Assembly: GCA_965650725.1 (NCBI GenBank)
Contig: CBFGPX010000001.1
Span: 18,665 to 82,664 of the forward strand
Source of the DNA: an uncultured Comamonadaceae bacterium
Lineage (GTDB): Bacteria > Pseudomonadota > Gammaproteobacteria > Burkholderiales > Burkholderiaceae_C
Reading direction: 5' to 3'
Length of the DNA stretch: 64,000 nucleotides
Shown here piece by piece: positions 20,019 to 30,649 of this stretch. Each line of letters begins with the position of its first letter. The stretch's first letter is position 1. Both the position numbers and the translations under genes were made by a program. The notes below the pieces were generated by a model. The model worked only from the letters and a program-made list of their open reading frames with translations, did not search any database and was not told the DNA's origin.

Positions 20019-20941
20019 TGCGTGCGGCGCTCGCGGCGCTGCTCGCGCTGTGCCTGGCCGCCCCCGTCATCGCGCTGGAACCCCAGGGCGAGACGGGCGC
20101 GCACGACCCGACGCTGCTGATCCAGGCCGACCGCTGGTTCGTCTTCACGACCGGCAAGGGCCTGCAGCGGCTGGAGTCGACCGACCAGGGCAAGACCTGG
20201 CGCCGCCTGGCCCCGCTGTTCACACAGGCGCCCGCCTGGTGGGCCGAGGCCGTGCCCGAGCAGAAGCCGCTGGACATCTGGGCGCCCAAGGTCTTCCAGC
20301 ACGCGGGCCGCACCTGGGTGCTGTACTCCATCTCCACCTTCGGCAAGAACCGCTCGGCCATCGGCCTGGCCAGCAGCGACAAGCCGGATGGCAGCGACTG
20401 GCGCGACGATGGCCTGGTGGTGGCCAGCACGGCGGCGGACAACTTCAACGCCATCGACCCCGACCTCTTCGTCGACCGCGACGGCAAGCTGTGGATGAGC
20501 TACGGCTCGTTCTGGGGCGGGCTGCGCCTGACGGAACTGGACGCGAAGACGCTGAAGCCGATCGGCAGCACGCGATTCGTCGCCCGCAGCCCGGCCATCG
20601 AAGCACCGACGATCGTGCGGCGTGGCGACTGGGTCTACCTGTTCGCGTCCTACGACCTGTGCTGCAAGGGCGCCCAGAGCACCTACAACATCCGCGTGGG
20701 CCGCGCCCGCAGCGTGGCCGGCCCTTACCTCGACCGCGACGGCAAGGACCTGATGGACGCGGGCGGAACACAGCTGCTCGCAGCCACCGGCACACGCTGG
20801 AAGGGGCCGGGGCACCAGGACGTGGTGGGCGACCTGATGGTGCACCACGCCTACGACACCGAACGCGGCGGCAGGCCGCATCTGCGCTTCGCGCGACTGG
20901 GCTGGTCCGAAGACGGCTGGCCGGTCATCCAAGAAGAATGA
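20018..20941 (+). CDS. GH43 endo-1,5-alpha-L-arabinanase, secreted
   Basis: Signal peptide; AHDP, WAP, NAIDP, YGSFWGG, AIEAP, CCKG, GPGH. Confidence 0.88.
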   Translation: MRAALAALLALCLAAPVIALEPQGETGAHDPTLLIQADRWFVFTTGKGLQRLESTDQGKTWRRLAPLFTQAPAWWAEAVPEQKPLDIWAPKVFQHAGRTWVLYSISTFGKNRSAIGLASSDKPDGSDWRDDGLVVASTAADNFNAIDPDLFVDRDGKLWMSYGSFWGGLRLTELDAKTLKPIGSTRFVARSPAIEAPTIVRRGDWVYLFASYDLCCKGAQSTYNIRVGRARSVAGPYLDRDGKDLMDAGGTQLLAATGTRWKGPGHQDVVGDLMVHHAYDTERGGRPHLRFARLGWSEDGWPVIQEE

Positions 20942-20957
20942 ACCGGAGACAAACACC

Positions 20958-22049
20958 GTGGCTGGCCTCAAGCTGGAGAACATCTGCAAGCGCTACGGCG
21001 CGGTGCAGGTCATAGAGAACCTGTCGCTGGACGTCGAGCCGGGCGAGTTCGTCGTCTTCCTGGGCCCGTCGGGCTGCGGCAAGACGAGTCTGCTGCGCAT
21101 GATCGCGGGGCTGGAGGAGGTCACCGGCGGCCGCATCCTGATCGGCGACCGCGATGTGACGCACGCCGCACCGGGCCTGCGCAACCTGGCCATGGTGTTC
21201 CAGCACTACGCGCTGTACCCGCACATGACCGTGCGCGACAACCTCGCGTTCGGGCTGAAGAACATCGGCATTCCGGCCGACGAGATCGCCAGGCGCATCA
21301 CCGAGTCCGCCCGCATGCTGGAGCTGGACACGCTGCTGGACCGCAAGCCGGGCCAGCTGTCGGGCGGCCAGCGTCAACGCGTGGCGATTGGGCGCGCGGT
21401 GGTGAAGGAGCCGGGCATCTTCCTGTTCGACGAGCCGCTGTCCAACCTGGACGCCGCGCTGCGCGGCCGCACGCGGCTGGAACTGGCGCAGCTGCACCAG
21501 CGCCTGGGCGCCACGATGATCTTCGTGACCCACGACCAGATCGAGGCGATGACGCTGGCCACGCGCATCGTCGTCATGAAGGGCGGCGCGATCGAGCAGG
21601 TGGCGACACCGGCGGAGCTGTATCGGCGGCCGGCGACGAAGTTCGTGGCGAGCTTCATTGGCACGCCGGGGATGGGTTTTGTGCCGGTTGAGCGTGCTGC
21701 GGATTCGCGTGGCCGAGTGGCCGTGACGATGCCGGGCGGGCAGGTGCTGACGACGCATGTGTCGACGGGTGCCGTGCCGTCGCAGGGCCTGGTGATGGGC
21801 GTGCGGCCGGAGAACCTGCGCGTGGCTGAGGAAGGCCCTCTGCGGGGGCGCGTAGAGCTGGTGGAGTTCCTGGGCGAGCGGACGTTGGCGCACCTGAAGG
21901 TCGAAGGCGAGACGCCGTTGATCGTGACGGTGCCGGCGGGCGTGGTTTCGCCGAAGCTGGGGGCGCATGTGCAGGTCACGGTGGATCTGGCGGATGCGCA
22001 TCTGTTCGATGAGAGCGGTCGCGCTCATCATGCGGAGGCTTTGTCGTGA
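20958..22049 (+). CDS. sugar ABC transporter ATP-binding protein (MalK/MsmK type)
   Basis: GPSGCGKT, LSGGQRQRVA, FDEPLSNLD; C-terminal TOBE region. Confidence 0.93.
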   Translation: MAGLKLENICKRYGAVQVIENLSLDVEPGEFVVFLGPSGCGKTSLLRMIAGLEEVTGGRILIGDRDVTHAAPGLRNLAMVFQHYALYPHMTVRDNLAFGLKNIGIPADEIARRITESARMLELDTLLDRKPGQLSGGQRQRVAIGRAVVKEPGIFLFDEPLSNLDAALRGRTRLELAQLHQRLGATMIFVTHDQIEAMTLATRIVVMKGGAIEQVATPAELYRRPATKFVASFIGTPGMGFVPVERAADSRGRVAVTMPGGQVLTTHVSTGAVPSQGLVMGVRPENLRVAEEGPLRGRVELVEFLGERTLAHLKVEGETPLIVTVPAGVVSPKLGAHVQVTVDLADAHLFDESGRAHHAEALS

Positions 22050-22077
22050 GGGCGGCGGCGCACGCACGACGCTCGAT

Positions 22078-22108
22078 GTTGGGGTTCGCCGCGCTCACCC
22101 CAACCTAC
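22078..22108 (-). repeat. GTAG-type REP palindrome
   Basis: Minus strand reads GTAG-GTTGGGGT-GAGCGCGGCG-AACCCCAAC; a degenerate copy lies at 33055-33085. Confidence 0.7.
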
Positions 22109-22116
22109 GGGCTGAA

Positions 22117-22379
22117 GCGCGCCGCCCGAGCGGCGCTGCATTCCACTGATGAGCCCGGCGTGCAGCCGGCGTTAACCGGCGTGAAGCGGCGATCGCTAAC
22201 GCTCTGCACAAGTGGTAGGCGAGAGCGCAGCGGCTCGCTTGTGGGCACGCCGCCATTGCCTGTTGCACGCCGCACTGCGGCCGTGCGCTTCTCGTGTGCG
22301 GTTCAGGGCCTTTTCTTTGGTGACTTTCTTTTGGCCCCGCAAAAGAAAGTTACCGCGCTGCCGGGCGCGCATCCCGGCA
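22117..22379 (+). repeat. structured ~270-310 bp intergenic repeat (family A), copy 1
   Basis: GAGCCCGGCGTGCAGCCGGCGTTAA...GTGTGCGGTTCAGGGCC...GGTGACTTTCTTTTG-loop-CAAAAGAAAGTTACC...GCCGGG-loop-CCCGGCA, shared with three copies at 31.7-33.8 kb. Confidence 0.9.
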
Positions 22380-22419
22380 TGGGCCTAGGCGACAAGCCGA
22401 ACCAGCCGGAGCAACCGAC

Positions 22420-23313
22420 ATGACCGCCCAAACCGTCGGCATCCGAGCAAGCCGCCCGGCCTACGCCCTCTTCGTACTGCCCTTCGTAACGCTGTACGTC
22501 CTCCTCCTCCTCTGGCCCCTCGCCAAAGGCATCTGGATCAGCTTCCACGACCACGACCTGCTGTCCGACGACAGCTTCTGGGTTGGCCTCGCCAACTACA
22601 AGGAACTGTTCACCGACGAGGTCTTCCACCAGGTCGTGTGGAACACCATCCGCTTCGTCGGCATCAGCACACCGATCTTCGTGATCCTGTCGCTGATGCT
22701 GGCCCTCGCGCTCAACCGCCCCGGCAAGCTCGCCACCTTCCTGCGCGCCACCTTCTTTTGCGCGTCGGTGTTCTCCGTCACGCTGATCACGCTGGTGTGG
22801 AAGCTGGCGCTGATGCCCGAGCGCGGCCTCATCGCTCAGATGTTCGCGGCCCTCGGCATTCCCGAGCTGCCGCTGCTGACCAGCGACAACCTCGCGCTTC
22901 TCACCATCGCTCTCGTCACGGTGTGGTGGATCATCGGCCTGCCGATGATCATGTTCCTGTCGGCGCTGCAGCAGATCCCGGGCGACATCTACGAGGCCGC
23001 AGCCCTCGACAACACGCCGCGCTGGCGCGTGCTGACGCACATCACGCTGCCCAGCCTCAAGCGCGCCGTCATCCTCGTCACGCTGATCGAGGTGATCCGC
23101 CAGTTCCAGGTCTTTCCGCAGATCATGCTGATGACCAACGGTGGGCCCAACAACACCACGCGGTCCATCGTGCAGTTCACCTACGAGCAGGCCTTCATGC
23201 AGCTCTCGCTGGGCTTTGCGACCGCCGCCTCGCAGATCCTCTTGGCCATCATGCTCATCGGCGTTTCGGCCCAGCTGTGGCTCGAACGTGACCGCAAGGG
23301 AGCCCAACGATGA
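22420..23313 (+). CDS. carbohydrate ABC transporter permease
   Basis: VGLANY, EAA loop YEAAALD, MTNGGP. Confidence 0.92.
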   Translation: MTAQTVGIRASRPAYALFVLPFVTLYVLLLLWPLAKGIWISFHDHDLLSDDSFWVGLANYKELFTDEVFHQVVWNTIRFVGISTPIFVILSLMLALALNRPGKLATFLRATFFCASVFSVTLITLVWKLALMPERGLIAQMFAALGIPELPLLTSDNLALLTIALVTVWWIIGLPMIMFLSALQQIPGDIYEAAALDNTPRWRVLTHITLPSLKRAVILVTLIEVIRQFQVFPQIMLMTNGGPNNTTRSIVQFTYEQAFMQLSLGFATAASQILLAIMLIGVSAQLWLERDRKGAQR

Positions 23314-24146
23314 ACCCCTTGCTCAGACGCGGCTGGTTCGACCGCGCCGTCATGGTCAGCCTCACGCTGCTGGCGCTGGCCTGGATGGCCCCGCTGCTGT
23401 GGGTGCTGGCGCTGTCCTTCAAGCCCAACGAGTTCCTGCTGCGGCACACCGACGTCTTCCTGTCGCCGCCGTACACGCTGCAGAACTACCTGGACATCCT
23501 GCAGACCTCGCAGGTGTTCCGCTGGCTGGGCAACAGCGTCGCCGTCGCGGCGATGCAGACGGTGGGCGTGCTGGTGCTCTCGTCACTCGCCGGCTACGGC
23601 TTCGCGCGCTGCGAGTTCCCCGGCCGCAAGTGGCTGTTCGCGCTGGTGCTGTTTGGCCTGGCCATTCCGGCGCAGTCGGTCTTCATCCCGCTGCACCGCC
23701 TGTTCTCGGATTGGAACCTGCAGAACACGCTCGCCGGCCTGGCGTTGCCAGGGTTGGCCGCGCCGTTCGGCGTCTACCTGATGACGCAGTACTTCAAGGC
23801 CATCCCGGCCGAACTGGAAGAGGCGGCGATGCTGGACAACGCGTCGCGCTTCAAGACCTTCCTGACCATCATCCTGCCGCTGACGCTGCCCGCGCAGGCG
23901 ACGCTCGGCATCTTCACCTTCCTGGCCTGCTGGAACGACTACCTGTGGCCGCTCGTCATCGCGACGCAGCCCGACATGTACACGCTGACCCGCGGCCTCG
24001 CGTCCACACAGACCAACTTCGCGCAGTCGGAGGGCTTGGGCTTCCTGATGGCCCAGGCCGTGTTTGCCGGCGTGCCCGCGCTGATGCTGTATCTCTTCTT
24101 CCAACGCCATCTCGTCACCGCGGTCGCAGGGACGGGCAAGTCATGA
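23310..24146 (+). CDS. carbohydrate ABC transporter permease
   Basis: IPAELEEAAMLD, WNDYLWPL. Confidence 0.92.
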   Translation: MNPLLRRGWFDRAVMVSLTLLALAWMAPLLWVLALSFKPNEFLLRHTDVFLSPPYTLQNYLDILQTSQVFRWLGNSVAVAAMQTVGVLVLSSLAGYGFARCEFPGRKWLFALVLFGLAIPAQSVFIPLHRLFSDWNLQNTLAGLALPGLAAPFGVYLMTQYFKAIPAELEEAAMLDNASRFKTFLTIILPLTLPAQATLGIFTFLACWNDYLWPLVIATQPDMYTLTRGLASTQTNFAQSEGLGFLMAQAVFAGVPALMLYLFFQRHLVTAVAGTGKS

Positions 24147-25471
24147 AGCGCCTGTTGATCTGCCTCTCGGCCGCATTGCTCGCAGCCTGTGGCCCCAGCG
24201 CCAAGGATCCGGCCAAGACCGAGATCACGCTGATGCGTTTCTTCGGCAGCTGCGAGTCGCAGTTCGGCCAGGTGAACAAGGCCTCCGAGGGCGTGGGCGA
24301 ATGCGGCATCGTGACCACGCTGGTCAACGAGTTCAACGCGACCCACCCCGACATCGTCGTTCGCACGCAGATCGGCGAGTGGGGTCCGTACTACGACCAG
24401 CTCACCGCCCGCCTGGTGTCCAAGGACATCCCGACCGTGGCCGTCATGCACGAGTCCGCCCTGGGCGACTACGTGCGCCGCAAGCTGGTACTGCCGCTGG
24501 ACGCCGACTTCGCGCGCGTCGGCGTGCCCGTGGACGACTTCACCGAGCATGCACGCAAGGGCACCACGTTCAACGGCCAGACCTACGCACTGCCCTTCGA
24601 CACCTGGGCCTGGCTGTGGCACATCAACACGACGCTGATGAAGCAGGCCGGCCTGCTGGGTGCCGATGACCAGCCGGTGCTGCCGCGCTCGCCCGAAGAG
24701 CTGCTCGCGCAGGCGCGGCAGTTCAGGCAGAAGACGGGCAAGCCCCTCTTCGCCTGGGCCGTGGCCAACGAGACCGCCGCCAACAACCGCACCTTCCAGT
24801 CGCTGATCGCGCAGCAGGACGCCAAGCTGTTCTCCGAGGACGGCAAGCGCATCAACATGCAGCAACCGGCGGTCGTCAACGCGCTGACGCTGATGCAGAC
24901 GCTCTACAAGGAAGGCCACGTGCGGCCCAACCTCGACTACGCCGCCGCCAACCAGGCCTTCCTGAACGGCCAGGCCGGCGTCGTCGTCGTGGGCACCTGG
25001 ACCATCGACCAGTTCCTGCGCGAATCGCAGAAGCCCGACTCGCCGTTGAAAGGCGGCTATGCGGTGCGGCCGTTCGCGCAGCTGTATGCCAAGCCTGCGG
25101 TGTTCGCCGACGGCCACTCGTGGGCGCTGTTCAAGGGCGGAGCTACCGACGCCAAAGGCCACGAGGCGGCCGTGAAGTTCCTGAAGTTCGTCTGGGACCG
25201 CAGCGCCGAATGGTCGCGCACGGGCCACCTGCCGGTCAGCAAGACCGTGGCGCAGAGCGACGCCTTCCGGTCCTTGCCGCAACGCGAGTCGCTGGCCGAG
25301 ATCACGACCACCGGCGCGTCCATGCCCGGCAACGTGCCCACCCAACGCAACATCGAGCTGCTGATCGGCGAGGACGTGGCCAACCTGCTGCTGTCGGGCA
25401 AGCCCGTCGCCGAGGTGCAGGCCAGCGTCGAGAAGCGCGTCAACAAGGCCTTGCAGAAAGCACGTCGATGA
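24143..25471 (+). CDS. sugar ABC transporter substrate-binding lipoprotein
   Basis: Lipobox LLAAC; NGQTYALPFD; family 1 SBP features; overlaps the permease stop. Confidence 0.88.
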   Translation: MKRLLICLSAALLAACGPSAKDPAKTEITLMRFFGSCESQFGQVNKASEGVGECGIVTTLVNEFNATHPDIVVRTQIGEWGPYYDQLTARLVSKDIPTVAVMHESALGDYVRRKLVLPLDADFARVGVPVDDFTEHARKGTTFNGQTYALPFDTWAWLWHINTTLMKQAGLLGADDQPVLPRSPEELLAQARQFRQKTGKPLFAWAVANETAANNRTFQSLIAQQDAKLFSEDGKRINMQQPAVVNALTLMQTLYKEGHVRPNLDYAAANQAFLNGQAGVVVVGTWTIDQFLRESQKPDSPLKGGYAVRPFAQLYAKPAVFADGHSWALFKGGATDAKGHEAAVKFLKFVWDRSAEWSRTGHLPVSKTVAQSDAFRSLPQRESLAEITTTGASMPGNVPTQRNIELLIGEDVANLLLSGKPVAEVQASVEKRVNKALQKARR

Positions 25472-26994
25472 GCTTCAAAGCCAGCCTCACCGTCGACCGC
25501 GATTTCAAAATCGCGCCGCTGGACCGCCGCCTGTTCGGCGTCTTCGTCGAGCACCTCGGCCGATGCGTCTACTTGGGGCTCCACGAACCCGGCCACCCGA
25601 CCGCGGACGAACACGGCTTCCGTGGCGACGTGGCCGAGCTGACCAAGGAGCTGGGCGCCACCATCGTGCGCTACCCCGGCGGCAACTTCATGTCGGGCTA
25701 CAACTGGGAAGACGGCGTCGGGCCGAAGGACCAGCGCCCGCGCCGCCTGGACCTGGCCTGGTTCTCCACCGAGACCAACCAGGTCGGCACGCACGAGTTC
25801 ATGGCCTGGTGCAGGAAGGTCGGCATCGAGCCGATGTTCGGCGTCAACCTCGGCACGCGCGGCCCGGACGAGGCGCGGCACTACCTCGAATACTGCAACC
25901 ATCCCGGCGGCACGGCACTGTCGGACCTGCGCCGCAGTCACGGCGCCGAAGAGCCGCTGGGCATCAAGTTCTGGTGCCTGGGCAACGAGATGGACGGCCC
26001 CTGGCAGATCTGCCAGAAGACGCCCGACGAGTACGGCCGCATCGCCAAGGAAACCGCGAAGCTCATGCGCTGGGTGGACCCGACCATCGAGCTGGCCGCC
26101 TGCGGCTCGTCGGCCTACGACATGCCCACCTACGGCGTGTGGGAAGACCGCGTGCTGGAGCACTGCTTCGAGTTCGTGGACTACCTGTCGCTGCACAGCT
26201 ACTTCGTGAAGCCCCCGGCGGACACCTCCACCGAGAGCTTCTTCGCGCAGATCGAAACGAACGCGCGCTACATCGAAGACACGGTGGCGATTGCCGATGC
26301 GGTCGCCACGCGCAAGCGCTCCACCAAGCGGCTGAAGCTGTCCTTCGACGAGTGGAACGTCTGGTACCGCGCCCGCCATGGCGAGCACCTCAAGCAGGCC
26401 GGATGGCCCGAGGCGCCGCGGCTGCTGGAAGAGGTCTACACGGCCGAGGATGCGCTGCTCATCGGCGGCATGCTGACGATGTTCATGAACCATGCGGACC
26501 GGCTCAAGGTGGCCTGCATGGCGCAGCTGTGCAACGTCATCGCACCCATCATGACCGAGCCCGGCGGGGCGGCGTGGCGGCAGACGATCTTCCATCCCTT
26601 CGCGCAGGCCGCAAAGTGGGCGCATGGCGAGGTACTGCGGCCCGTGCTGAAGTCGCCCGGCTACCCGCATGCGAAGCACGGCGAGCTGCCCTATCTGTGC
26701 GCCAGCGTCGTGGACGATGCGGCCACGGGCCAGACGGCCGTGTTCCTGCTGAACCGCCACCTCACCGACGAGATGGAGCTGTCCATCACGCTGCGCGGCT
26801 TGGGGATGGACCGCGAGCTGGTGCTGGCCGAGCAACTGCATTCGGCCGACCTGAACGCCACCAACACCGCCGACGCACCCGACCGCGTCGTGCCTCAAGC
26901 CTTGAACAGCACCTCCGTTGCCGACGAGCGACTGAGCGTGAAGCTCAAGCCCGCCTCCTGGAACGTCATCGTCACGAAAGCCGTCCGCGCATGA
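25468..26994 (+). CDS. abfA: GH51 alpha-L-arabinofuranosidase, cytoplasmic
   Basis: FVEHLGRCVY, RYPGGNF, WCLGNEMDG, FDEWNVW; no signal peptide. Confidence 0.93.
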   Translation: MSFKASLTVDRDFKIAPLDRRLFGVFVEHLGRCVYLGLHEPGHPTADEHGFRGDVAELTKELGATIVRYPGGNFMSGYNWEDGVGPKDQRPRRLDLAWFSTETNQVGTHEFMAWCRKVGIEPMFGVNLGTRGPDEARHYLEYCNHPGGTALSDLRRSHGAEEPLGIKFWCLGNEMDGPWQICQKTPDEYGRIAKETAKLMRWVDPTIELAACGSSAYDMPTYGVWEDRVLEHCFEFVDYLSLHSYFVKPPADTSTESFFAQIETNARYIEDTVAIADAVATRKRSTKRLKLSFDEWNVWYRARHGEHLKQAGWPEAPRLLEEVYTAEDALLIGGMLTMFMNHADRLKVACMAQLCNVIAPIMTEPGGAAWRQTIFHPFAQAAKWAHGEVLRPVLKSPGYPHAKHGELPYLCASVVDDAATGQTAVFLLNRHLTDEMELSITLRGLGMDRELVLAEQLHSADLNATNTADAPDRVVPQALNSTSVADERLSVKLKPASWNVIVTKAVRA

Positions 26995-27932
26995 CCAGCT
27001 GGACCAATCCCCTCATCCCGCAACGCGCCGACCCGCACCTGAGCCGGGTCGATGGCCGCTACTGGTTCACCGCCTCGGTGCCCAGCTATGACGCCATCGA
27101 GATCCGCGCCGCCGACAGCATCGCCGGCCTCGCCACCGCGCCGACCCAGGTGATCTGGCGCAAGCATGACAGCGGCCCCATGAGCTTCCACGTCTGGGCG
27201 CCGGAGCTGCACCGCATAGCCGGCCGCTGGTACGTCTACTTCGCCGCTGCTGAGCGCGACGACATCTGGAAGCTGCGCATGTATGTCCTCGAATGCGAAG
27301 GCGCAGACCCGCTGAGCGACAACTGGATCGAGCGCGGCCAGATCGTGACGCCCGAGCAGGGCTTCTCGCTGGACGCGACTCCCTTCGAGCACAACGGCAA
27401 ACGCTTGCTCTGCTGGGCACAGAAGAGCCCGCCGGCGGAGAGCAACCTCTACATCGCCGAGATGGCCAACCCCTGGACCCTGAAGACCGAGCCGGTCGTC
27501 ATCACGCGCCCGGACCTGGCCTGGGAGCGCATCGGTTTCTGCGTCAACGAGGGCCCGGCCCTGCTGAAGCGCAATGGCCGCGTCTTCATCGCCTACTCCG
27601 CCGCGGCCACCGACGCCAACTACTGCATGGGCCTGCTGTGGGCCGACGAGAACGCCGACCTGCTCGACGCCGCGAGCTGGCACAAGTCGCCCACGCCGGT
27701 ATTCACGACGGACGAATCGGTGAGCCAGTTCGGCCCCGGCCACAACAGCTTCACGACGACGCCCGACGGCCAGACCGACCTGCTGGTCTATCACGCGCGC
27801 AACTACCGCGACATCGTCGGCGACCCGCTCAACGATCCCAACCGCCATGCGCGCGTGCAGGCCTTCGGCTGGCGCGACGACGGCTTCCCCGACTTCGGCA
27901 CACCCGTCGCCGACGGTCCTTACTCCACCTGA
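26991..27932 (+). CDS. GH43 alpha-L-arabinofuranosidase (GH43_26-like), cytoplasmic
   Basis: QRADP, WAPELH, SLDAT, VNEGP, GPGHNSF. Confidence 0.88.
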   Translation: MTSWTNPLIPQRADPHLSRVDGRYWFTASVPSYDAIEIRAADSIAGLATAPTQVIWRKHDSGPMSFHVWAPELHRIAGRWYVYFAAAERDDIWKLRMYVLECEGADPLSDNWIERGQIVTPEQGFSLDATPFEHNGKRLLCWAQKSPPAESNLYIAEMANPWTLKTEPVVITRPDLAWERIGFCVNEGPALLKRNGRVFIAYSAAATDANYCMGLLWADENADLLDAASWHKSPTPVFTTDESVSQFGPGHNSFTTTPDGQTDLLVYHARNYRDIVGDPLNDPNRHARVQAFGWRDDGFPDFGTPVADGPYST

Positions 27933-27939
27933 GACAACC

Positions 27940-29835
27940 ATGCGCCTCATCGCTTCGCTTCTGCTCGCCCTGCCCGCCCTGGCCCAAGCCCTGGGCAGCC
28001 CCGACGGGCAAATCCAGGTCGACGTCTCGGTCAATGCCCAGCAGCAACTGGTCTACACGGTGCAGCGCGCCGGCCAGCCGGTGCTGCTGGCCTCGCGGCT
28101 GGGCCTGGTGCTGGAACAGGGCGACTACGCCAACGGGTTGAAACTCGTGGCGACCTCGCCCGTCAAGGCCCACCGCGAGCAGTACACGCTGGCTGCGGGC
28201 AAGAAGAGCCGCGTGGACTACCGCGCCAACGAGCAGGCCTTCACCGTGGCCAACGCGGCCGGCCAGAAGTTGACCGTCACGCTGCGCGCCTCCAACGACG
28301 GCCTGGCGCTGCGCTACACGGTGGACGGCGCGGGCAAGAAGACCTTCAAGGACGAGCTGACCAGCTTCGCCTTCCCCACCGACGCCCGTGCGTGGCTGCA
28401 ACCCATGTCCGTCGCCAAGACGGGCTATGCACGCACCAACCCGTCTTATGAAGAGCACTACCAGGCCGACATCCCCGTCGGCACGAAGGCGCCCTCGCAC
28501 GCGGGCTGGGTCTTCCCCGCACTGTTCCGCGCCGGTGTCAGCTGGGTGGCGTTGACCGAGGCCGGCATGGACGGCCGCTTCCACGCGTCGCGGCTGGCCA
28601 GCGACTCGACCGGCGGCACCTACCGCATCGGCCTGCCCGAGCCCAGCGAGGTCTTCACCGGCGGCCATCTGCTGGCCGATGTGGACGGGCCGCTGACCAC
28701 GCCCTGGCGCGTGCTCGCCATCGGCTCGCTGAAGACGGTCATGGAGTCGACGCTCGGCACCGATCTCGCCGCGCCCGCGGTCGCCTTCGACAAGAAAAGG
28801 CTGCAGCCCGGCCATGCGTCCTGGAGCTGGGCCATCCTGAAGGACGACGCGACCGTCTTCGACGTGCAGAAGCGCTTCGTCGACTACGCCGCCGACATGC
28901 GCTGGAACTACACGCTGGTGGATGCCTACTGGGACAAGAAGATCGGCGACGCCAAGATGAAGGAGCTGGCCGACTACGCCAAGACCAGGAGCGTCGGCAT
29001 CCTGGCCTGGTACAACTCCTCGGGCGCCTGGAACGACACCGACATGAGCCCCAAGAGCGCGCTGCTGAACCCGGCCGACCGCGCCAAGGAGTTCGCCCGC
29101 ATGAAAGCCATCGGCGTGAAGGGCCTGAAGGTGGACTTCTTCGGCGGTGACGGCGCTTCGATGATGGCCTACTACGTGGACCTGCTGAAGGAGACGGCCG
29201 CCGCCGGCCTGCTGCTGAACTTCCACGGCGCCACGCTGCCGCGTGGCTGGAGCCGCACCTACCCCCACCTGATGACGGTGGAGGCCGTGAAGGGTTTCGA
29301 GTTCGCCACCTTCACGCAGGGCGACCAGGACAAAGTCGCTCATCAGGCGGCCATGATCCCGTTCACGCGCAACCTGTTCGACCCCATGGACTTCACGCCC
29401 ATGGTGTTCGGCGACATTCCCAAGATCAAGCGCGCGACGCGCAACGGCTTCGAGCTGGCGCAAAGCGTGCTGTTCCTGTCCGGCATCCAGCACTACGCCG
29501 AGACGCCCGAGGGCATGGCCACCGTGCCGGCCTACGTGAAGGGCTTCCTGCGCGAGCTGCCACGGGCCTGGGACGAGGTGCGCTTCCTGGACGGCGAGCC
29601 CGGCAAGTACGTCGTCATCGCGCGCCGCGCCGGCAAGCAGTGGTTCGTCGCCGGCCTGAACGCCGACGACACGCCGCGCGAGATCACGCTGGACCTGGGC
29701 TGGCTGGGCGCGAAGGACGGCCAGCTCATCACCGACGGCGCCGGCCCCCGCGAGTTCAGCGAAGGCAAGCTGTCCGCCTCGGCGCCGAAGCTGACGCTGG
29801 CGCCACGCGGCGGCTTCGTCGCTCGCTTTCGCTGA
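27940..29835 (+). CDS. GH97 glycoside hydrolase, secreted
   Basis: Signal peptide; SPDG start, TTPWRV, LKVDFF, NFHGATLPRGW.RTYP, PMDFTP. Confidence 0.9.
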   Translation: MRLIASLLLALPALAQALGSPDGQIQVDVSVNAQQQLVYTVQRAGQPVLLASRLGLVLEQGDYANGLKLVATSPVKAHREQYTLAAGKKSRVDYRANEQAFTVANAAGQKLTVTLRASNDGLALRYTVDGAGKKTFKDELTSFAFPTDARAWLQPMSVAKTGYARTNPSYEEHYQADIPVGTKAPSHAGWVFPALFRAGVSWVALTEAGMDGRFHASRLASDSTGGTYRIGLPEPSEVFTGGHLLADVDGPLTTPWRVLAIGSLKTVMESTLGTDLAAPAVAFDKKRLQPGHASWSWAILKDDATVFDVQKRFVDYAADMRWNYTLVDAYWDKKIGDAKMKELADYAKTRSVGILAWYNSSGAWNDTDMSPKSALLNPADRAKEFARMKAIGVKGLKVDFFGGDGASMMAYYVDLLKETAAAGLLLNFHGATLPRGWSRTYPHLMTVEAVKGFEFATFTQGDQDKVAHQAAMIPFTRNLFDPMDFTPMVFGDIPKIKRATRNGFELAQSVLFLSGIQHYAETPEGMATVPAYVKGFLRELPRAWDEVRFLDGEPGKYVVIARRAGKQWFVAGLNADDTPREITLDLGWLGAKDGQLITDGAGPREFSEGKLSASAPKLTLAPRGGFVARFR

Positions 29836-29882
29836 TGGGGCCCGATGCGAGCCGACTCAAGGTATTTGGTAGCCTGCCGCCG

Positions 29883-30635
29883 ATGAGAACGCGCGCCGAC
29901 CACTCCACCTACTCCGCCGAACCCGAAGGCAAGAGCCAGCACGCCCGCATCGTGCGCGACCTGGGCCTGGCCATCGTCGGAGGCGAGCTGAAGCCCGGCG
30001 ACAAGCTGCCGCCCGAGGCGCAGCTGCTGGAGCGCTACGAGATCAGCCGCCCGGTGCTGCGCGAGGCCGTGCGCGTGCTCGTCGCCAAGGGCCTGGTGGT
30101 GTCGCGCCAGCGTGCCGGCGCCAGCGTGCGCCCGCGCAACGAGTGGCACATGCTGGACCCGGACGTGCTGTACTGGCTCATCCAGGCCCAGCCGCAGCGC
30201 GACTTCGTCGGAACGCTGCTGGAGGTCCGCCGCATCTTCGAACCCGCCGCCGCCGCGCTGGCCGCCAAGGCCGCCACCGACGAGCAGCTGGTGGGCATTG
30301 CCACCGCCTACGAAGGCATGGCCGCCGCCAGGACGACGGCCGAGCTGCTGGAGCCCGACCTCGCCTTCCACCGCCGCATCGCCGAGGCGACCGGCAACGA
30401 CCTGCTGGCCTACATCGGCAACATGCTGTCGCTGGCGCTGCGCGAGTCCATCATCCTGAGCAGCCAGCTGCCCAACACGCACGAGCTTTCGCTGCCGCGC
30501 CACAAGGCCATCCTGACCGCGCTGCAGGCCCGCGACGCGCTGGGCGCCCGCCAGGCCACGCTGGTGCAGCTGGAAGAGACCGGCGACGACATCGACACCG
30601 TGCTGGCCGCCGACGGCCGCGTGAACCTCGCCTGA
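29883..30635 (+). CDS. FadR/GntR family transcriptional regulator
   Basis: LKPGDKLPPE...ISRPVLREA; FCD domain DLAFHRRI. Confidence 0.9.
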   Translation: MRTRADHSTYSAEPEGKSQHARIVRDLGLAIVGGELKPGDKLPPEAQLLERYEISRPVLREAVRVLVAKGLVVSRQRAGASVRPRNEWHMLDPDVLYWLIQAQPQRDFVGTLLEVRRIFEPAAAALAAKAATDEQLVGIATAYEGMAAARTTAELLEPDLAFHRRIAEATGNDLLAYIGNMLSLALRESIILSSQLPNTHELSLPRHKAILTALQARDALGARQATLVQLEETGDDIDTVLAADGRVNLA

Positions 30636-30649
30636 TCAAGAAGAACAAC

